Source: Chrysochromulina tobinii
Taxonomy: Eukaryota
DNA: 37,396 bases
Reading direction: 5' to 3'
NCBI GenBank assembly: GCA_001275005.1
Contig: JWZX01002977.1
Coordinates: forward strand, 1 to 37,396
Each line of letters begins with the position of its first letter. The first letter of the stretch is position 1. Positions 30,493 through 37,396 of the stretch are shown here, piece by piece. The translations under genes and the position numbers were made by a program. The notes beneath the pieces were generated by a model. The model was not told where the DNA came from and did no database searches. It saw nothing but the letters and a program-made list of their open reading frames with translations.

Positions 30493-30862
30493 GTTCACAA
30501 AGTGAAAGCGGAAAACAGTCTCGCCGCAATCTCGCCGAAACTCAGCAAATCTCACGTATCTCAAACAAACATAATTATTACGTGATGCTTAGACCTAAGT
30601 GGCCCCTGCCCAACACAGACGACATGCAGATGTACCCACCTATCTATACCCACATAAACAGGAGGTTGTATCACACACCTATCGAGTTTTTCCACCTTAT
30701 AGCAGCGAGCTTTCACCCGACCATGCATACACGTTGCTCTCGGCTTAGGGTTAGGTTGTGAAAGTCAAGGCTGCTGTGCTTCACCACCCCCACGGTAATC
30801 TCCCCACATGCTCCCGGGGCTGCTTCCTTAGTGCCCCGCCGTTGTATGTGCATCCCACGTAC

Positions 30863-30949
30863 CCAAGTTCACCAGCCGTGCACACGGTCCGCGAGCGACG
30901 TTCACAGCGACCAAGTTCACCAGCCGTGCACACGGTCCGCGAGCGACGA
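30863..30949. repeat. Tandem duplication of the kinase stop-codon region (49-bp period)
   Basis: CCAAGTTCACCAGCCGTGCACACGGTCCGCGAGCGACG occurs twice. Confidence 0.85.
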
Positions 30950-33900
30950 TTCCGCCGCGATCTGCACGCCTTCGACCTCCGACGCAATCTCGAAGCTGGA
31001 CTCGATGGCGTTCCCGCGCGCGATCGCAAAGTCCGCATGCGGCGGCTCCATTCTCTGGCGCTGCAGCGCTTCCCAATCCAAGCCCCAGAAGAAGGCATGT
31101 GGTTTCAGCTCGGCGCCCCGAGCCCCCGAGCTGCCAAGACGGCGCCCCGCGTCGCGATCGAGGAGCGCGTCGAGAAGGGCTGTGGTATGCTTGCTCCCGT
31201 GCACGGCGTACCGGTGCTCTGGGCGCGCGGTCACCTGATGAGGGAGGCAATCAGTCGCAATCATCAGAGGCCATGCGAGGCCAGCCGAGGTCATCCGCGG
31301 CCATCCGCGGCCATCCACGGCCATCCGAGGCACCCCTCAAGCGTGGCAGTGCTCGGCACTGCGCGGTTGACCTCACCTTGTTCGTCAGAATGTTATCGAA
31401 GGTCTTCTGCGGCCGCTGCTGCGGGTCCTGGAAGGGTGTGGTGAGGGTGAGGCATTGGACCAACAATACGCCAAGCGACCACCAGTCCGCCGCGATGCCG
31501 TAGCCGCGGTTTTGGATCACCTCAGGCGCCATAAACTCGGGGGTACCACACACGGAGAAGAGCGGTCGCTCGTCCAAGACGAAGCCCGCGAGCCCGAGGT
31601 CCGCAAGGACAGGCCAGCCGTCGGCACGAAGCAGCACGTTCTCCGGCTTGAGATCGCGGTACACGACCCCGAGTGCATGCAAGCGCTCGAGTGCGAGGAT
31701 GAGGCATGCAGCGTAGAAGCGGAGCTCGGATTCGTCCATCGCTCCAAATTCGGCAAGTACATTCCACAGCTCGCCGCCCAGGCACGCGGGCATCACCACA
31801 TGCAGATGCGTCGCGTCCTGTCCGCTCGTCACCAGGTGGATGACCCAGCGGCACACCACGTTCGCGTCGCCCCGCTCAGTGCCCGCCATGAGCCTGAGCA
31901 AATCTCGCTCGCGCTCGAGATAGCGAAGCATGTTCTTGCCCGCGCTCGTCGCCAGCCGCTCCTTCGAGAAGCTCTTCACTGCATAAAACCGGCCTGAAAG
32001 CTTGTCTCGCCCCAGTCGGACAACCCCGGAAGCTCCAGAGCCGAGCACGTTGCCCAATTGCAATTGACGAAGCACGAGTCCGTCCTCGCCACGCTTGGCC
32101 TGCTCGCGCAGCCGATGGAGGGAGGCAATTAGAGGCAATCAGAGGCAATTAGAGGCAATCAGAGGTCATCCGAGGTCATCAGCGCACCTGCTCGCGCAGC
32201 CGATGGAGCCCGAATGCGATCAGAGCATCCAACCACTGCTGCGGGGTGCCACCGAGAACCACCCGCGCCCGCGCCGCCGCGGCGCTCTCCGCCGTCGGCT
32301 CCTTTCCCAATGTGGCCGAGGTGGAGGCGGCGAGCACAGCGGCACGCAGAGCGGCCTGCCCCTCGTCTGCGGCGGCGAATGGCAGCAGCCCGGGCGCGAG
32401 GCACGCGACGAAACGACACCATGCGTGCCCGATGGGCGACGGGTGCAGCGCGAGGGCGAGGCCTAATGAGTGCGCAATCGACGAGCCCGATGAGCGCCGA
32501 TGAGGGAGGCAATCAGAGCTCCTCCGCGCGAATCAGTGGTCATCAGCGCTCATCAGCGGCTCTCACCTAGTGCGCGCAAGTTGACGAACCCGATGAGCGG
32601 CTCGTGATTGTAATCTCCCGACTTGAGACTCACTCCCTCCTCGAGGAGCACCGCATCTCCCTGCAATCCGAACGCACTCCGAACGCACTCAGAGCGCACT
32701 CAGAGCGCACTCAGCGGCAATCAACGCTCCGCGCGCGCACCTCGAGTTCTCAAGGGAGATCAAAGGAGATCAAGGGAGATCAAGGGAGATCAAGGGAGAT
32801 GGCACCTGCAGCAGACGAGTTGCCTCGAGCGCATCACAGAGCGCCTGCTGCACCCTCGCCGCCAGCGCCGCGCTCGCGCCTTCCAAAGAGCCGCCTGCCG
32901 CGGCGGCGGCCTTGGCGGCAGCGCGACCCGCCGCGCTCAGATCTCGCACGCGTAGACGGTCGTTCGCACGTCCCTTCTCGTCAGTGAGACAGTCGCCATC
33001 GAGGACGTCGAGATCCAGTTGCGAGAGAGTGGCGGAGAGGTCCGCGAGTAATCGATTGCGCGAGGGTACCTTGACGATCAGTTCGTAAAGGGGTCCTTCG
33101 CCCGCATCATCCGTCGCTGATGGTACCCCAACGGCTTCCACGCCCGCGCCCTCAACCCCCGCCCCGCCCCCCTCGCCCACCCCCACGGAGAGCAACGAGC
33201 GGCCCACGGCCGACATACCCGACAGCTCCTTGCCAAAGTCCATCTGGGGAGGGAGATTGTGGCCATGGGGGCGGTAATGAGGGCGGTAATCAAGAGGGAG
33301 ATTGTGGCCATGGGGGCGGTAATGAGGGCGGTAATCAAGAGGGCGATCGTGGCCATGGGCGGTAATGGGGGCGGCAATGAGGGCGGTAATCAAGAGGGCG
33401 GTAATCAAGAGGGCAAGCAGCGCACCTTGGACGGTGAAGGGGGCGCGAGGGTGGCCTCGGCGCTTGAGAGTGGGGTGAGCTCCACCTCCACACCTGCATG
33501 CGAGGCAATTAGGGAGGCAATTAGAGGCGCAATCAGGGAGGCCATCAGGCAATTAGGGAGGCGATTCGAGGCGCAATCAGGGAGGCTATTCGAGAGGCAT
33601 CAGAGGAGAGCAATCTCTAATGAGAGAGGTCATCAGTGAAGGTCCGAGGCTGCACTGATTGCACACCGCCCAACTCGATCACCTCGCCTGTGAGCACGAG
33701 CCCGAGTGACGAACGCGCCGTCGCGAGCGAGCTGCCACCGCCTGCGTCGCGCAGCGGCCGTGGGACCACTAACTGGCACAGCTGCGGAAGCTCGGCGAGG
33801 ACGGCAAGGGCGGAGCGCGCTCGCCAAGACTGCTCGGAACGGCGCACGAGAGACGCGTGAGTGAGTCGGCATGCCATGAGAGGGCTCATCAGGGCTCATC

Positions 33901-36422
33901 AGGGCTCATCAGGGCTCATCAGGGTTCATCAGGGTTCATCAGGGCTCATCATCAGTGGCACCCACCTGCTCGAGAAGGCGACTGAGCCGCGCGAGGGATT
34001 GCTGCACGGTCGCTTCGCGTCGCCAGCACAGCAGCACGCATCCCTGCGCACCCGCGCGGATCTTCAACGGGCCTTCGCCCAACACGGCGCCACTACCGCC
34101 CAACACGGCGCCATCACCGCCCAACACGGCGCCACCGCCGCCCATCCCGGCGCCCTGAGTGGCCCCCTCGCGCACGGGCAGCAGTTGGCCCGTCTCGCCC
34201 AGCACACTTCCCACAGAGAGCCGGTGGATGGCGAGCTCGGACGGCGCCGTGTTGGGCGAGCTAGGGCGCGCCGTGTTGGGCGAGCCAGACGGCGCAACCA
34301 TCGGGGCGCCCGAGGCCGCGCATGCAAGTGTAATGACATCGATCGGCGCCGACGCCTCGGCCGACGCTGCCGAAGCGGCGATGGACTCGCCCGACACGGC
34401 GCTGGTCTCGACGACGAGGAGGACGTCGCCGTTGAGCACGACGGCAAACGCGTCGTTCGGCAGAGTGTCGGGCGCGAGCGGCTTGACCAAGGCGGTCTCG
34501 GTTGCCAAGTTAGGAGCGACGATCGGGCGCAAGTTGTGCTTCGGCGGCAGCTCGACCTCGGTGGCACGGCGGCAGAGCGCAAGCAGCTCATTGGTCGTCA
34601 GCGGCGCAAACAGAGGGAGCTCGGCGAGCTTGGCTGCATGCGCGTGTGCGAGGGTCTCTCGCAAGGACACCAGGAGTGAGCGCAGCTGCGACTTGTGAAG
34701 GAGCCGTAACGGGACGCGCACCGTCCCGGGCGGACAGCGGAGCCCGTACCAGCGGAAGTGCGCGATGCCGTTGGGCGTTTCGTCAGCGTAGGGTGTGAAA
34801 GACGCCCCCCCGGGGGGGGTGAGGGACGGCGGGGTGAGGGACGCCCCCCCGTCGAGCGTGTGAGCGAGCGACCAGAGCACTGTACCGAGCCCCAACGTGA
34901 GCTCGCTCGTGTCGACGTCCCAGTCGGTGAGCCCGGAGGAGCGACGGTCCGAACTTGCCGAATCGGTCAAGTCCTCCGAGCCGTTGGAATCGCGCTGCTC
35001 AGCGAAGCCGCGCCGTTCCGTGCCCATCGAGGTGATCGATTGGCTCGGCCGATACGGCGCGCAGGTCACCGCCGCGTTGCCCTCCAAGAGGAGTAGCCAC
35101 TCGGCATCCATGTCGTACGGCGCCTTCTCGTCGGCATTCAAGTAGCCGCGGGCCATCCGCGGCAGCACGTCTCGCGCGAGCTGATGCGCGAGCGACGGCG
35201 GCAACGCGCCGCGTGTGCCGCCCCATTCGGCTCGGAAGGCCGCCGCCAGGCCCGCGAGCAGCCGCGCCTCGTACGCCTCGCCGGCCGCCGCGCCCGACGC
35301 GGCGTCGGCGCCCAATACGGCGCCCGCCTCGGCCTCGGCGCCCGAGACGGCGCCTGTACCGCCCGAGACGGCGCCTGTACCGCCCGAGACGGCGCCTGCG
35401 GAGGATCCGCAGTAGACCCCTGAGGAGCTCGGCAGGGACTCGACGAGCTGCGCCCACGACGGCGCGTCGTGCCGGCCGGCGTGGACTCGGGGGGCCCCCG
35501 CCTCGGCCAGGTCGCCGAGCGTCTTCGCCTTGAGCAGCCGTTGCATCGCCTGATTGCGAAAGAATTGACGAAGCCGACCTTCGATGGCGGAGAGGCGCTC
35601 AGTGCCCCAAACCTTGCGCCCACCTTCCGGGTAGACGACCTCTTGCAAGAAGAAGGTGTTCTGCGCGCGCGTCCCGATCGTCGCGATCTGCGCCTTGACG
35701 ATAGAGAGGCCGAGGCCCGAGAGGGCAGACGAGAGGTCAGCGAGGAGGCGCGCGCGGTTCGGGGCCATGATGCGGACCACCGTGCAAGTCTCGTCGGCGT
35801 CGTTCTCAATGGTGACGTGCAGCTGCGACGAGAGGGAGCTCTCGCTCGCCTCCGCCTCGGCCGCCACCCGCTCCGCGATCGCCGCCGTCGCCATACGACT
35901 CCCCAGCCTCGACTTGAACGTCGGGTCAGTCGTCGGGTCGTTCGACGAGCCCGAGCTACTGCCCCGCATCTCCTTGTCCGAAAACGGCTCGAGGCGTGCG
36001 AGGCGGCTCACGCTGCGCGTGGGCTTCCGAGCGATGGCCACCGTCGCCTCCGCTGCCTCCGGCAGGCGCACGGATCGGGCGCGGGGCTGTGCAGCTCGAT
36101 TGCGCAGCGTGGCATTCTCCTCAACCAGCGTGGCATTCTCCTTGGTGAGCCGCTCGACGAGGCTTCGGAGCACCGCGAGCTCGTCCTCGAAGGCCACGTC
36201 ACGCGCCGCGCCGCTCAGCAACGGCAGGGACTTTTCATCGTTCGCCTGTGGCCAACCAAAGCGCTCCGAGAGGAAACGCGTCGCAATCCGGCAGAAGACC
36301 ACAAGGATGGCGGCGCCGGCGCTGCCGGCGACGCCGGCGCCCGCCGTGGCCGCCGTCCCCGCGGCGATCCCTATCAGGTACGGGAGCAGGTCCCCGTCGC
36401 GCAGCGTGAGCGAAGGAGCCAT
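30917..36422 (-). CDS. AGC-family (PKA/PKG-like) Ser/Thr kinase with N-terminal hydrophobic helices, two ACT domains and a degenerate cNMP-binding domain, 8 exons
   Basis: Kinase motifs GSGASGVV, YAVK, YRDLKPEN, DLG, CGTPEFMAPE, DWWSLGV, RRLG, H.FF.GLDW. Phase-consistent exons 36422-33966, 33829-33667, 33493-33426, 33243-32806, 32660-32567, 32462-32188, 32099-31377, 31234-30917. Confidence 0.8.
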
Positions 36423-36775
36423 GGGCGCGCGGGGGGGGAGCTAAAGGCCTCGAGTTGAGTAGCGCCGGATTCGCAGAAGGCCGAGCGCGGGGGACGAATC
36501 TTTGTAGGGTGCAAAAACAGGATGAGACTTGCGCTGCATTGTATTCCACAGTAAATGTTCACGTATTTTTGCCATCTCGGCAAGACGCACAACCGTGGTA
36601 CAATGTTTTGAACTTCAGGTACGTGACCCATGCGGAGAGCGGTCTCTCAGAGAATCGCCCCGTTCGTGGACCATCACGTACCGCTGAACCGCGCATTCTC
36701 GCAACAAAACGGAGCGTTGTCTTGCCTTGAGCAGACCGCCCAGCATCATACCGACAGGCAACCTGCATCTTCATA

Positions 36776-37396
36776 ATGCAGCAGACAAACCAACCAAACA
36801 CTCTGAGCTCGAGCTCAGTCGATGGAACTACTACAACACCACTTTCCTTCGCACAGGCTGCTGCCTCGTCGTTGATCGCCCCACCGGGAGTCGATACACT
36901 GATGCAGAAGGCACCGACCGCAACGGGCGAACGCAAACGCCGCATCGTCACTGAAGAAGAGCGTGAGCAGCTTCACGCTGCTGATAGCCTCGTTGAGCTC
37001 GCGCTCATCTTCGACACGAGTGCCGGAAAGAAAGGCGCGTTCGGTGGCCTCGGCCAAGACGCGCGCGAATCAACCGAACGCACCATCACCGATATCATCC
37101 AAGCGACGGTGCCCAACGTTAAGATCGAGCAAGCTCGAATCGACAGCATCAATGTCTTCGCAAACCCATCGTTCTACATCGTCATCCTCGTGTCGCGAGA
37201 CGACGCCGAGAGAACCCTCGGCCCACAAGCGGAGGTCCATCAGGCGATCGATTTTTATCTCTATGGCGCCGATGGACAGAAAACGTCCAAGCGCTCAGAC
37301 GTTGCCATCATCATTACCACGCCCGATCACGTCCCAAACCTCGCGCTCTTCGCCGATCGCCCGGATAAATCCACCCCGGCAGGAGGACTGAACCCG
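36776..37396 (+). CDS. 3'-partial ORF (207 codons), unknown; possibly ORF1 of a non-LTR retrotransposon
   Basis: ATG at 36776, open to the window end (MQQTNQPNTLSSSSVDGTTTTPLSFAQAAASS...). Absent from the ORF track because it has no stop. Intronless, lower GC. Confidence 0.6.
   Translation, partial: MQQTNQPNTLSSSSVDGTTTTPLSFAQAAASSLIAPPGVDTLMQKAPTATGERKRRIVTEEEREQLHAADSLVELALIFDTSAGKKGAFGGLGQDARESTERTITDIIQATVPNVKIEQARIDSINVFANPSFYIVILVSRDDAERTLGPQAEVHQAIDFYLYGADGQKTSKRSDVAIIITTPDHVPNLALFADRPDKSTPAGGLNP

Noticed and set aside
30744..30757. Telomeric repeat TTAGGGTTAGG
   Set aside because: Fewer than two full units; too short to call an interstitial telomere.
32741..32748. 8-nt micro-exon AACTCGAG in the kinase gene
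   Set aside because: It would break the reading frame between two phase-0 exons.
34076..35397. 21-bp coding repeats (GAVLGGx, GAVSGGT) in the kinase first exon as hidden introns
   Set aside because: They are in frame, stop-free and lack the intron modules seen elsewhere. Treated as low-complexity linkers.

Overview
GC-rich, gene-dense eukaryotic DNA with spliceosomal introns, most likely from a haptophyte alga such as Chrysochromulina (inferred from GC content, repeat-filled introns and a bipartite plastid-type presequence, not proven). Bases 1-~6770 are the 3' part of a Ty1/copia LTR retrotransposon. Its single uninterrupted polyprotein has the order PR-IN-[C5 DNA methyltransferase]-RT-RNaseH. 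The apparently intact DNMT domain between integrase and RT is the headline finding. The element also has a YVDN RT motif, plus an IQ motif and several hydrophobic helices upstream of the protease. The rest of the window holds host genes: UVR-repeat protein, GT8 glycosyltransferase, orphan ORF, ER FKBP-EF-hand-KDEL, coiled-coil protein, alpha/beta hydrolase, SDR, Cys-less pLGIC with extra helices, 11-exon P5CS, DmdC/FadE-like acyl-CoA dehydrogenase, multi-zinc-finger protein, EF-hand protein, small plastid-targeted protein and an ACT-cNMP-ACT-AGC kinase. A partial ORF at the right edge may be a LINE ORF1. The introns are unusual. They are built from copies of the flanking exon, sense-oriented 10-bp CTGAY microsatellites and two shared 3' modules, and several consist of abutting GT..AG units that suggest recursive splicing. 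All domain calls come from motif recognition by eye; no database search was run.
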